DNA of 64,000 nt from Patescibacteria group bacterium (lineage in GTDB: Bacteria > Patescibacteriota > Microgenomatia > UBA10105 > UBA927), in contig DATKGN010000002.1 in assembly GCA_035510735.1 (NCBI GenBank), positions 125,118 to 189,117 on the forward strand. Direction: 5' to 3'. Positions within the stretch are counted from its first letter, which is position 1. Every line of letters begins with the position of its first letter. This document shows positions 22,801 to 32,179 of this stretch, piece after piece. Made by a program: the position numbers and the translations under genes. The notes beneath the pieces are model-generated. The model saw only the letters and a list, made by a program, of their open reading frames with translations. It ran no database searches and was not told the origin of the DNA.

Positions 22801-22869
22801 ACATTTTACGTAAATGCAGGGGAAATAACAGAACTCCGGCGATGCGAGGAAATGACAAAAGAACCCGGG

Positions 22870-23562
22870 TTACGACATATAAAACTTCCGCTTGGGTTCC
22901 GGAAACTTTTCGATCGCGTACCGGAGCATCGTCCGTGGCATGGTTTTGTAATGTTTGTTGAGGAATGCAATTTCAGCCGCCTCATCCATCTTCCCCAATT
23001 CCCGTAGCATCCACCCGACGGCTTTGTGAATAAGATCATGGTCGTCATGAAGGAGAATTTCAGAGATGGCGAAGGTCTCATTAAATTGTTTTTGGCGAAG
23101 AAGTGCGTAACACGCAACCATCGAAATCCTTCGTTCCCACAGGCTTTTTGATTTGGCGAGCCGAAGGAGTAGCGTTCGCTCTTTGGGATGGTCAAGGAGA
23201 TACGTTCCTACAATTTCGTGAGAGGATAAATCGACAAGATCCCAGTTATTAATGTATTTGGTATTGGCGAGGTACAGGTCAACAATCTTTTTCCGTTCTT
23301 CATCCCCCGCTTTCTCAATTTTATAGCAAAGGATGAGAAGGGCCGTCAGGCGGTATTCGTGAAGCTTGTTATGAAGGAGCATCTCAACTTCGGTAAGCGG
23401 CAGATTTGTATATTTCTTTGCAACCGCCCGCTGGTCGGGTACCGTGATCCCCAAAAACACGTCACCTTCGCCGTACTGTCCCTTCCCGGTTTTGAAGAAC
23501 CGGAGGAGGAACACCGCTTTTTCCTTGTTTGCAAGCTTATTTAAATCCTGGGTAACACTCAT
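22870..23562 (-). CDS. DNA alkylation repair protein (AlkD-like)
   Basis: FFKTGKGQYGEGD, INNWDLVD, WERR and IHKAVGWMLRE motifs. Confidence 0.92.
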   Translation of the reverse strand: MSVTQDLNKLANKEKAVFLLRFFKTGKGQYGEGDVFLGITVPDQRAVAKKYTNLPLTEVEMLLHNKLHEYRLTALLILCYKIEKAGDEERKKIVDLYLANTKYINNWDLVDLSSHEIVGTYLLDHPKERTLLLRLAKSKSLWERRISMVACYALLRQKQFNETFAISEILLHDDHDLIHKAVGWMLRELGKMDEAAEIAFLNKHYKTMPRTMLRYAIEKFPEPKRKFYMS

Positions 23563-23572
23563 CACGCCTATT

Positions 23573-23935
23573 CTACTCCATGGGGGTCGCAAGTTGGAAG
23601 TAGTTGCCGTCCGGATCTTCAAATGTCGCAAGCGTCATTTCGGAACTCTCACCCGGATGATACGGAGCGGCCACCACTTTGGCGCCGGTCGCTTTAATCC
23701 GTTTAAATTCCTCTTCGACGTTCTTGGTCTCAACGTTGAACATCATGCGCTCCGGGTTTTTATTTTTACCTTTTACCTTATCGTGCGGTCCGACCATGAC
23801 GAAGCCCGTCCCGACTTGAAATCCCGAGTATTCACCCTGTTTCCATCCGGGATCGACGTTGAAGACCTTCTTATAAAATTCTGCAAGCTTACCGGGATTT
23901 TCCGAAAATATAAGTAGAGAATTAAATGACAACAT
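23573..23935 (-). CDS. VOC/glyoxalase family protein
   Basis: LAEFYKKVF and TFEDPDGNYFQL motifs. Confidence 0.9.
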   Translation of the reverse strand: MLSFNSLLIFSENPGKLAEFYKKVFNVDPGWKQGEYSGFQVGTGFVMVGPHDKVKGKNKNPERMMFNVETKNVEEEFKRIKATGAKVVAAPYHPGESSEMTLATFEDPDGNYFQLATPME

Positions 23936-23987
23936 ATGCTTGAACCTCCTTCAGGTCCACCCAGCATATATGTAATCTATATTACAG

Positions 23988-24851
23988 TCAAGAAGTCAAA
24001 GTGGTAAGGATTTCCTCCGCGTGGGAAACGGAAATAAAATGTCCTTCCCCTGGATAAACCGTCAGCACGCTTCCCGCGATATGTGAATGGTAATACTTCC
24101 CCATGTTAAGTGATACGTTCCGGTCGTCCTCTCCGTAAAACAAAAATGCTTTTGCATGGATTGCACCGACGTCAAATCCCCAATCGGTACAATAGAGCTT
24201 AAGATCGAGCTCGGGTCCTCTGATCCCCTGCCGGAATGCCTCGCGGTAGTTTGCGAGAACCGATTCCGAAAGCTTCGGGTTCCTATACAGTTTGCGGTCT
24301 TCTTTCGCCCCGAAAAAATACTTGTGAAGCCCCAAATGGATTCCGTAATACGCATTTATATACTGAATCAACGTTGAAATTCTGCGGACAACGGGATATT
24401 TCCTATAATTCGCCCAGCCGATTTTACTCATCCACATCATGCCGTCAAGCGATTCAGGGCCGATAATGGGCGCAAGTCCGACAACAATCCCGGCTTTTGT
24501 AATCCGCTCCGGGATTTTATACGCACACACCGCAGCGTACGGCCCGCCGCCGGATTGACCCATGACGGCAAACGTCTTGATCTTCAGATGATCAGTAAGA
24601 GCGGTGACGTCGCCCGGCCAATCGAGAAGCGTCCGGTCTTTTTGGTAATCAGAATATCCGAATCCGGGCCGGTCAGGAGAAATGATGCGGATATGGAGTT
24701 TTTTGGCGAGTGCATCGTTTTTTGCCGCAAATAACCGTGACGAAGGCCAACCATGGAAAAAGAATACCGGTTTCCCTTTGAGATCGCCGTACTCGTTATA
24801 TGCGAGGTACCGCCCGTCTTTCAGCCTGCAAAGTTCAAACGCATCGTTCAT
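23988..24851 (-). CDS. alpha/beta hydrolase
   Basis: FHGWP, PDRPGFG, GQSGGG nucleophile elbow, GEDD and GEGH motifs. Confidence 0.9.
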   Translation of the reverse strand: MNDAFELCRLKDGRYLAYNEYGDLKGKPVFFFHGWPSSRLFAAKNDALAKKLHIRIISPDRPGFGYSDYQKDRTLLDWPGDVTALTDHLKIKTFAVMGQSGGGPYAAVCAYKIPERITKAGIVVGLAPIIGPESLDGMMWMSKIGWANYRKYPVVRRISTLIQYINAYYGIHLGLHKYFFGAKEDRKLYRNPKLSESVLANYREAFRQGIRGPELDLKLYCTDWGFDVGAIHAKAFLFYGEDDRNVSLNMGKYYHSHIAGSVLTVYPGEGHFISVSHAEEILTTLTS

Positions 24852-24852
24852 A

Positions 24853-25200
24853 TTACTTTTTCTTTTTGGCCCGCAGTGCCGCTTCATATGCTGCAATCGC
24901 CCAAGGATAAATCGCCTCTGGGTTGTCGGCAACAATCCCAGGCACTTCCCAAAACGACAGCGCTACCGTTTTCCCCGTGTGGCCGGTATACATAAAGGGT
25001 TTACTCCCTTCTGCTTCGTAATCCTTCTGACTTACCGAATCGACCTTAAAGTACAACATGCCAGAGTGGATTAAGCCGATGCAAACTCCATGCCGGTAAA
25101 TCCCGTGTCCGCCGAACAGTGTCCGAACACTGATCCCGTCAACCTCACGCAGTAATTCATCCTCGACATATTCCTTAAAACTGTCATCTTTATGTGCCAT
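24853..25200 (-). CDS. TfoX/Sxy N-terminal domain protein
   Basis: RTLFGGHGIY...LYFKVD...PFMY motifs. Confidence 0.88.
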   Translation of the reverse strand: MAHKDDSFKEYVEDELLREVDGISVRTLFGGHGIYRHGVCIGLIHSGMLYFKVDSVSQKDYEAEGSKPFMYTGHTGKTVALSFWEVPGIVADNPEAIYPWAIAAYEAALRAKKKK

Positions 25201-25287
25201 AGGTGCATTGTATCAAAGCCAAAGACTCCGGCAAGTTATATTTACTATAAGATTGATTATTACCTTATAGTAAGGTATACTTACTTT

Positions 25288-26064
25288 ATGTTTTACGCAG
25301 AAAGAGTCGACAAACACAGCCCGCGTTATGCCATTGAATCATTTTATGATAGTGCGAAGTTGTATCTGCCTTCCGGTCTGACACCATATAAAGAAAAATA
25401 TGATTCAAATAATCAAATAGCGTTTAATTCCCCCAATGGCGATTTGGTAACCGTATATTTGGAAAAAACCCAGGGGTTAGACCAAAGACATGGCACATAT
25501 GCATATGTAGTGGCGAGAAGGAACAAACAGGATAGTGGGTTTGTTTGGATGGCATTAAAATTTCATCAACGACAACATGAACCGTTTTTCCAATCTATTC
25601 TGAACCAAGACCATTATAATAAACAATTAGGATATACCGTCTTTTCCCTTAATCGGAACAGTCATAAGGGAGAGGTAAATATGGGTATAGATTTCAACAG
25701 AAGTCCTAATCGTAATCCAAGTCTTACAAAACCTGCTCACGCAAAGCTCTATATATTTGATCTCTGGAAATATCATCGGGCAAAGTTGATAGTTACCGCA
25801 GATTCCCGTGATGAAAACTACTCCGAGTTGTTATTTGGACCTGATTCAGGCGGCTTATATGATGAAAATGGCGGTGATCTTCAGTTACCGGACACAATTC
25901 CCCAGCTCACACGGTTTCGCATATCAACTGATATGCCGCTCATAAAGGCAGCGTTTAATGAGCACATCGGCAACAAAGGAGAACCAATAAATCCATTTGT
26001 CTCTTTTCCCCAGGCGTACACAAAGATTGAGCGGTACGCGCTTAACTCTCTGAAGGCGGAATAG
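25288..26064 (+). CDS. hypothetical protein
   Basis: ORF with TATACT upstream of ATG 25288; no motif. Confidence 0.65.
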   Translation: MFYAERVDKHSPRYAIESFYDSAKLYLPSGLTPYKEKYDSNNQIAFNSPNGDLVTVYLEKTQGLDQRHGTYAYVVARRNKQDSGFVWMALKFHQRQHEPFFQSILNQDHYNKQLGYTVFSLNRNSHKGEVNMGIDFNRSPNRNPSLTKPAHAKLYIFDLWKYHRAKLIVTADSRDENYSELLFGPDSGGLYDENGGDLQLPDTIPQLTRFRISTDMPLIKAAFNEHIGNKGEPINPFVSFPQAYTKIERYALNSLKAE

Positions 26065-26692
26065 CCTCTTCTTCCTTATCTTTCCTATCGTAATTAATGA
26101 AGGGAGGGTTGTAGTCAGGCATCACGGTTCTCATATTTTTAGTAAATGCGATTAAGCTGTTTTGTGACGGGCAGATGCGTTTGAGGTCGTCTGCTTTAAG
26201 CACCGCGAGCTCCGGAACCGTGTGCAGTTTCTCATCAATCATCCGATTATAGAGATAACGCCCGGGTTTAATAGTTTCCAGAGCTCTGTCGCCAAAATAC
26301 CATCTGCGCCACACGCGGACCAAAACCCAATATAACTCCTGCCGGAAGTCGCCGATCTTCGGGTCTCCGCTCGTCTGGGCTTTGATCTCTGACTCCGTCA
26401 GAAACCGTTTGTACTTCCCCTCTCCCTGCCGGTCGATAGACAAGGTTAAGATTAATACATCATGCGGGGAAAGCACCTGATCAACGGTAAATTGACCGCT
26501 CGCCTGAATTTCCGTAATGTTGTAGCGGAGCTGGTCCCGAAACGGGTGGGTAAACCGCCTATCCTTCAGTTCGTTCTTCTGTAATACGTCGTGGTCAACA
26601 TGTTCCGGCATCCACGATTTCCTGACAACCTCACGGACCTCAACGCCTGCAAACTCAGGTAACATCTGTGGATTCCCCTCCGGCAAAGTCAT
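26042..26692 (-). CDS. hypothetical protein (216 aa)
   Basis: ORF with TACAAT shortly upstream of the ATG. Confidence 0.65.
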   Translation of the reverse strand: MTLPEGNPQMLPEFAGVEVREVVRKSWMPEHVDHDVLQKNELKDRRFTHPFRDQLRYNITEIQASGQFTVDQVLSPHDVLILTLSIDRQGEGKYKRFLTESEIKAQTSGDPKIGDFRQELYWVLVRVWRRWYFGDRALETIKPGRYLYNRMIDEKLHTVPELAVLKADDLKRICPSQNSLIAFTKNMRTVMPDYNPPFINYDRKDKEEEAIPPSES

Positions 26693-26813
26693 AGGAAGCT
26701 ATTGTAGTATATATACCCTCTTAATCTAAAATAGATTAACACCCGCCCGCAATTCCGATTGCGAGGGGTAGATCACGTATATACTTGATGTGTCACACCC
26801 GGTAATTTATTTA

Positions 26814-27503
26814 TTATCCTGTCACCTCTGTAACACCAAATATTTCAACACCGTCGTAACTAGTTTGAACTTGCAATATTCGGGTGCCAACCTTAATAAC
26901 AATTATCCTGGGGCCGGGTTCTTGAGATATTGAAATAATTTTGGCAGTTTCTAGCCATCCTAATTCCCGTAATTTCTCAATAACTAAAGAGTAATAATTT
27001 TCTCTTTGTGATTGATAAGTCTCCTTCTTCCGAATATCTTCAAGCCAAATAAATATAATAAACGTAGTCGATGTTAGCATTGCCCCATAACTTAACCATT
27101 GGCAAAAAATTGCGAAGTTCATGATATTAGGTTGAATAATATTTTTTGAGGAAATAATAAATATAAAAACTAAAAGTGAAGCGAAAAACAACTTTATCAA
27201 ATTTTTTAAAAATCCATAAGCAATCTTTTCAGGAGCTACGTATGGCGCCGGCTGAGTCGGATTACTATTCGTCCGTATCATAAAGAAGTTAGATTTCCAG
27301 TACGAGTAAATTGCGATTGTAATTATTGAAAAAAATAAAACGATGATATTTACTAAATTTAAATTTTCATGGTTTAGGAGCAGTGAGTTGAGCTTTAATC
27401 TGTCTGAAAAATCCACTGCGAAAAATGCAAAAACCTGTACCAAAGCGGGTGTTAAAGATATTATCGTATTAAAAATATTATTTGCAAAATCCTTGTGTTT
27501 CAT
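26814..27503 (-). CDS. hypothetical membrane protein (about 4 TMs), AT-rich
   Basis: Hydrophobic segments; visibly more AT-rich than neighbouring genes. Confidence 0.65.
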   Translation of the reverse strand: MKHKDFANNIFNTIISLTPALVQVFAFFAVDFSDRLKLNSLLLNHENLNLVNIIVLFFSIITIAIYSYWKSNFFMIRTNSNPTQPAPYVAPEKIAYGFLKNLIKLFFASLLVFIFIISSKNIIQPNIMNFAIFCQWLSYGAMLTSTTFIIFIWLEDIRKKETYQSQRENYYSLVIEKLRELGWLETAKIISISQEPGPRIIVIKVGTRILQVQTSYDGVEIFGVTEVTG

Positions 27504-27516
27504 AAGTTGATATCTA

Positions 27517-28032
27517 CTATTTCCACTGAAATATCGCGCCGAGGAGCGTCATCATCGGTGAAACGTTCCACCACTGGAACGACGGCGTGGTTGCAGGCTG
27601 TGGCGGCATGTACGTTGGCGTTGCGGTAACCGTTACCATTGCAGTCGGTGTCGCTGTCGGCGTAGTTATTTCGGTCGGCGCTGGGGTAAGCGTTACCGTC
27701 CCCACCTTCGCTGAAGCTTCGGTGGGTAAAGGCGTTGGCGTATAGGTTGCAATCGGCGCGTAGGCCGCAGGCGGTAGGATATATCGGGTGGGTGGAACGG
27801 TGACAACCGGCGCCTGTGTAGTAACGGTATTATTCGTGCTTCCGCCGCACATGACCATGGAAGCATACGAGCAGGATGAACCGGTCCAGCCGTCATTGCA
27901 GATCACATTGCCATTCCCCTGCGGCCCCACACCACAATTGACGCCGCTATGACCCGAACAACAGCCACTGGTTGCAAAAACAATTGAAGGAAAAAGTAAG
28001 AAAAGTGCGGGCAGGAGGAATATTTTTTTCAT
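27517..28032 (-). CDS. secreted Cys-rich protein with Pro/Thr-rich stalk
   Basis: Signal peptide, GCCSGHSGVNC...CNDG domain, PT-rich linker. Confidence 0.75.
   Translation of the reverse strand: MKKIFLLPALFLLFPSIVFATSGCCSGHSGVNCGVGPQGNGNVICNDGWTGSSCSYASMVMCGGSTNNTVTTQAPVVTVPPTRYILPPAAYAPIATYTPTPLPTEASAKVGTVTLTPAPTEITTPTATPTAMVTVTATPTYMPPQPATTPSFQWWNVSPMMTLLGAIFQWK
27701..27726. repeat. short palindromic element in frame (PTEASAKVG)
   Basis: cccaccttcgctgaagcttcggtggg, an inverted copy of the thyA element. Confidence 0.85.
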
Positions 28033-28160
28033 ATGCCTCCCTGATCATCGGCATACTACCACAAACCGTCGGGTTTACCAATACGAAGTTACCGAAACGG
28101 AATCTGTGGCATGCAGGCCATTTTGTACTTACCCGATGTTCCTTGGTATAATGAGCGTTC

Positions 28161-28715
28161 ATGAATCCTATTGTTCCGCCTATTGCCAAATTCTTAACCG
28201 CAGGCACGATTCTTGCCGATATCGCAATCGTCGCCTACGTTATCGGGTGGCTTGTGGGATTGGCTATCAAGCCCATTACTGCGCTCCGCAATAAGGCAAT
28301 TGAGATGATCGCGCCATACGCCCGCATCCTCGGATTTCTTCTCGCTCTCTCAGCTATGGCAGGTAGCCTGTTTTACTCGGAGATCGCCAAGTATCCGCCG
28401 TGCTTCCTCTGCTGGTGGCAGCGGATTTTCATGTATCCGCAGGTGCTTCTTATCGCCATGGGGATAATGAAGGATGACAAGAAAGTTGCTGATTACACGA
28501 TCGCCATGTCTATTATCGGTTTTGTCATTTCCGTCTACCAATATTACATCCAGATGGGCGGAGGCCAGCTTTTCCAATGCGATCTCAATGGCGGCGTCTC
28601 CTGCACCCAGCATTTCCCCTTGGAATTCGGCTACGTGACGCTGCCCATGATGGGCCTGACGGCTTTTGCGGGGCTCATTATCCTTATGTGGATTTCAAAA
28701 AAGCACGCGAAGTAA
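28161..28715 (+). CDS. disulfide bond formation protein B (DsbB/BdbC-like)
   Basis: GSLFYSE, PCFLCWWQRIFMYP and a second Cys pair; TGGTATAAT 8 nt upstream. Confidence 0.9.
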   Translation: MNPIVPPIAKFLTAGTILADIAIVAYVIGWLVGLAIKPITALRNKAIEMIAPYARILGFLLALSAMAGSLFYSEIAKYPPCFLCWWQRIFMYPQVLLIAMGIMKDDKKVADYTIAMSIIGFVISVYQYYIQMGGGQLFQCDLNGGVSCTQHFPLEFGYVTLPMMGLTAFAGLIILMWISKKHAK

Positions 28716-28716
28716 G

Positions 28717-29862
28717 TTATTTCTTCTTTGATCTCACCATTTGTACCATCCCGCCTAAACCCCAGATGACAGCGAGAAATCCGACGATCCCGCCGACAAA
28801 CGGCGCCTTAAACATGAACCAGAGGACGGGCACCCCGACGGCAATCTGAAGGAATGTGTTATCTTTCGTTTTCGCTTTGAAACTATCGAGTATATACCAC
28901 CCGACCCAGAGGGCGACAAACAGGCGGCTTATGGCAATCGCGATAATGTAAAGTAAAACAAGAAGTAACGCAAACGGGATTCCAATAATGGTCACAGCGA
29001 GAATGACGGCAACCACGGGAACGACCATAAGATACACAAACCCCTTCAGCGCTACGGCTATAGGATCTTCCTTCATGACGGTGAATATCTTCTGCGTGAC
29101 TGCCGGCATAAACTTGAGCATAAGAAGACCTACAACGAGAAAAAATAAAATAGACGGAATTGCATTGGCCGGCCAGGGATTGGGAGCGGGCTTTGCGGCA
29201 GCCTGCTGTTTATTCTGCTTCGCAGTAGGCTCATTGGTGACCATCCCGAGAATGGATGCGCTCTTCGGTACAACCACTTTCGTATCGCTCACATAGTGAA
29301 GATTTCCGTACACTTTTGCGGAATCTCCCAAAATAAGTGAACTGGTCTCTACATCAACATTTCCGTGAACTTTCCCGTTAATACCGATCGTTTCCCCGTA
29401 CCCGCCGAGCGATTTTCCGATAATGCCGTTCTGTGTCAGTGTCTGTGCGGCAACAAATAACTCACCCGATACAGAGCTTGCTTGCGATTGGGTAAGCGTT
29501 TGTCCGAATGCGGTAACATTCCGTTTTACCGGTCCTTCGATAGTGATCGTTTGACCGGCGAGTCGTAGATTTCCGTCAACAACTCCACTCACCCGAAGCA
29601 TTTGAGCTGCACAGATGACATCGCCCTCAACAGTCCCTGATATGGTCACATCGTTTCCTGCACAATAGACGTCACCGTGTACGACTCCGTCCACTTTCAC
29701 CGATTTGGCACCAATAAAAAGAGATCCATCAATGACCTGATCTCGGCTTACGTCTACCATCTCCCCGCTTTCGACTTCAAATGCGTGCGCCGCTGGAACC
29801 ACGCGGAATGCGGCAAATAAAATGGTTATGGCAAGTATAAACCGAACAAACTTCATATTCAT
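28717..29862 (-). CDS. beta-helical repeat (bactofilin-like) membrane protein
   Basis: Signal peptide, G-V-GD/N-V repeats, then several C-terminal TMs. Confidence 0.75.
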   Translation of the reverse strand: MNMKFVRFILAITILFAAFRVVPAAHAFEVESGEMVDVSRDQVIDGSLFIGAKSVKVDGVVHGDVYCAGNDVTISGTVEGDVICAAQMLRVSGVVDGNLRLAGQTITIEGPVKRNVTAFGQTLTQSQASSVSGELFVAAQTLTQNGIIGKSLGGYGETIGINGKVHGNVDVETSSLILGDSAKVYGNLHYVSDTKVVVPKSASILGMVTNEPTAKQNKQQAAAKPAPNPWPANAIPSILFFLVVGLLMLKFMPAVTQKIFTVMKEDPIAVALKGFVYLMVVPVVAVILAVTIIGIPFALLLVLLYIIAIAISRLFVALWVGWYILDSFKAKTKDNTFLQIAVGVPVLWFMFKAPFVGGIVGFLAVIWGLGGMVQMVRSKKK

Positions 29863-29874
29863 ACTATATCATAA

Positions 29875-31665
29875 TTATCGGCTGGCACGAAGCGCATTAA
29901 ATATGACGCTCACATCAATAGCTTCCTGGATAAATGCACCCAAAAGCGGTGGAATCATGCCGAGCGCCGCCAAAATCATCCCGATGATGCTTAAGCCGAT
30001 ACCGACCCAAATACTCTGAAGCGCAATTGCGATTGTCCGCCGTGCAATCGTGAGCGATTCAAGGACGACCGAAAAGCTTCCGCCCAAAAACACGAGGTCA
30101 GCCGCCTCGGAGGCCGCCGTTTGCTCCTCATTACTGAAAACCATTCCGACGTCGGCGGACGCTAGAGCGGGCGCATCGTTAATCCCGTCCCCGACCATAG
30201 CCGTCACCCGTCCAAGCTGACGCAAATGCTTAATACCGTTCATCTTATCCTGAGGTGTGCATTCCGTTTTTATATCGATATCTAATCCGAGCGATTTGAC
30301 AACCTCCTGGGCTGTTTCTTTTTTGTCCCCGGTAAATATGGATAAATGAAGTCCCCAGGCATGAAGTTGTGAGAGAATTTTACGCGACTCCGGCTTAATC
30401 CGGTCCTCAAACTGGATAACGGCGATACGCCTCCGGCCCTCCCGGAGTTCAATACCGTATCCAACTGATTCTTTCACCTTTGAAAGGACATAGTGATGGT
30501 TGTCGATGGTGCCGAGTATTCCGTAGCCTATTTTTTCAGACACGCCGCGCGCGACCAAATGCTTCACCGTGCGGCTCCTTGCTTCCATAACGATAGCTTT
30601 TGCAAACGGATGTAAACTATTGCGTTCTATGGCTTCGCTCATTGCCAGTATCTGATTCTCCGTATACTTCTTATTCTTGATGATGACCCCGGATACCTGC
30701 GGTTTACCCAGCGTAATCGTCCCCGTCTTATCAAACATAATATCGGTTACCCGCGAAAGCGTCTCGATACTTGAAAGGGTTTTGACAATCACTTTACGCC
30801 GCGCGAGCGCATTCATGCCGCCGATAAGAGCAATCGGCGTTGCAAGAATAAGCGGACACGGGGTGGCGATGACGAGAACAGCAAGGACATGGTGGATATT
30901 ACCTGAAACGAGATAGGCCGCTCCGGCAAGCAAAAGGGTAACTAGGGTAAAAATACTGCTGTAGCGGTCGGCAATGCGGACAAGCGGCGATTGTGCTTCT
31001 TGCGCCTGACGCACCATATCAATAATTTTCCGGTACGTGGAATCTTTATCAGACTGGGTAACGCGGACAATCATAGGCCGCCTGATATTGATCGTGCCGC
31101 TACGAATCTGATCACCAAGAAGTTTCTCCATTTCGTAGGGTTCTCCTGTTAGCGATGATTCATCCGCCATGCCGTCCTCACTGACGAGAATGCCATCAAG
31201 CGGAATGACCTCACCTTTCCGGACGAAAATCTGCTCCCCTACCGCAACCTCGCTGATTTTTACCTTTTTTCCGATGTCATTATCCTTCCAAAGCAAAACA
31301 CTATCGGGAATCCGGCTGGTGAGAGCCGTCAGTGATTTTTTGGCCCGGGAAACCGCATATTTCTCAAGCGCCTCTCCGCCCGCAAGCATGAGGACGATAA
31401 CGGCAGCAACTAAAAATTCACCGGAAATAAGACCGGTCGTGATCGCAAGAAGAGCGATGTAATCAAGAGCAAACTGCCTATGTATGAGTGCAACGATAGC
31501 GTCACGCACCTGATCGATGCACCCGAAGAGGATAGCGACAACAATAACCGCATCGGCGAAAAACCAGTTATGAAACCCATACAGAAGAATAAGATACGCA
31601 ATAATACCCAGTACTTCAATTGCGGGCAATAAAAACAGGGTAATAAATTGTCTATACCGTTTCAT
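29875..31665 (-). CDS. heavy-metal P1B-type ATPase (P1B-5-like)
   Basis: LTGEP, IATPCPL, DKTGT, SLHP, GDGINDAP and QEAID motifs; start at ATG 31665. Confidence 0.92.
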   Translation of the reverse strand: MKRYRQFITLFLLPAIEVLGIIAYLILLYGFHNWFFADAVIVVAILFGCIDQVRDAIVALIHRQFALDYIALLAITTGLISGEFLVAAVIVLMLAGGEALEKYAVSRAKKSLTALTSRIPDSVLLWKDNDIGKKVKISEVAVGEQIFVRKGEVIPLDGILVSEDGMADESSLTGEPYEMEKLLGDQIRSGTINIRRPMIVRVTQSDKDSTYRKIIDMVRQAQEAQSPLVRIADRYSSIFTLVTLLLAGAAYLVSGNIHHVLAVLVIATPCPLILATPIALIGGMNALARRKVIVKTLSSIETLSRVTDIMFDKTGTITLGKPQVSGVIIKNKKYTENQILAMSEAIERNSLHPFAKAIVMEARSRTVKHLVARGVSEKIGYGILGTIDNHHYVLSKVKESVGYGIELREGRRRIAVIQFEDRIKPESRKILSQLHAWGLHLSIFTGDKKETAQEVVKSLGLDIDIKTECTPQDKMNGIKHLRQLGRVTAMVGDGINDAPALASADVGMVFSNEEQTAASEAADLVFLGGSFSVVLESLTIARRTIAIALQSIWVGIGLSIIGMILAALGMIPPLLGAFIQEAIDVSVIFNALRASR

Positions 31666-31774
31666 AGAAATCTTCCCTAGTATAGAATTGACGCCGCGCG
31701 TTGTCCATACACACCAGGAGCGCACCCGCACCGAATTGACAAGACTTTGATCTCGTGGAACAATACAAGTACAT

Positions 31775-32173
31775 ATGTTTCGAAATAAGAATGTATGGCT
31801 TTTGGGAAGCGTAGGACTTATTGTTATTGCGATCGGACTCGTTGCGATTCTTGATAGAACGAGCTCCCCGGGTAATTCTCCAAATGATGTACGAGCCAGG
31901 GCCGCCACCGCAAATACGCTCCAGTTCAACGGTACAGTGAGCGTTGTCAATGAAACCAAAGGAACAGTCGTTATTTCCGATTTATATTTTGCAAGCGTCA
32001 GCCGTTCGGGCGATGCGACGAATCTGGGGACATGGACCGTGACGGCGCCGCCCAATTTTGATTACACAACAATTTCGCAGGGAGCAAATGTTGTGGTAGG
32101 CATTGACGCAAAAACATTTCTTGCAACATCGCATACGTTGACGGCAATTACGCTTGTCCCCGGTACAAGATAA
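31775..32173 (+). CDS. hypothetical membrane-anchored protein
   Basis: N-terminal TM followed by a beta-rich domain. Confidence 0.7.
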   Translation: MFRNKNVWLLGSVGLIVIAIGLVAILDRTSSPGNSPNDVRARAATANTLQFNGTVSVVNETKGTVVISDLYFASVSRSGDATNLGTWTVTAPPNFDYTTISQGANVVVGIDAKTFLATSHTLTAITLVPGTR

Positions 32174-32179
32174 TCTTCA

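Noticed and set aside
31666-32055. Long N-terminal extension of the P-type ATPase in the ORF track
   Set aside because: It overlaps the opposite-strand 31775-32173 gene, and a TATACT box precedes ATG 31665
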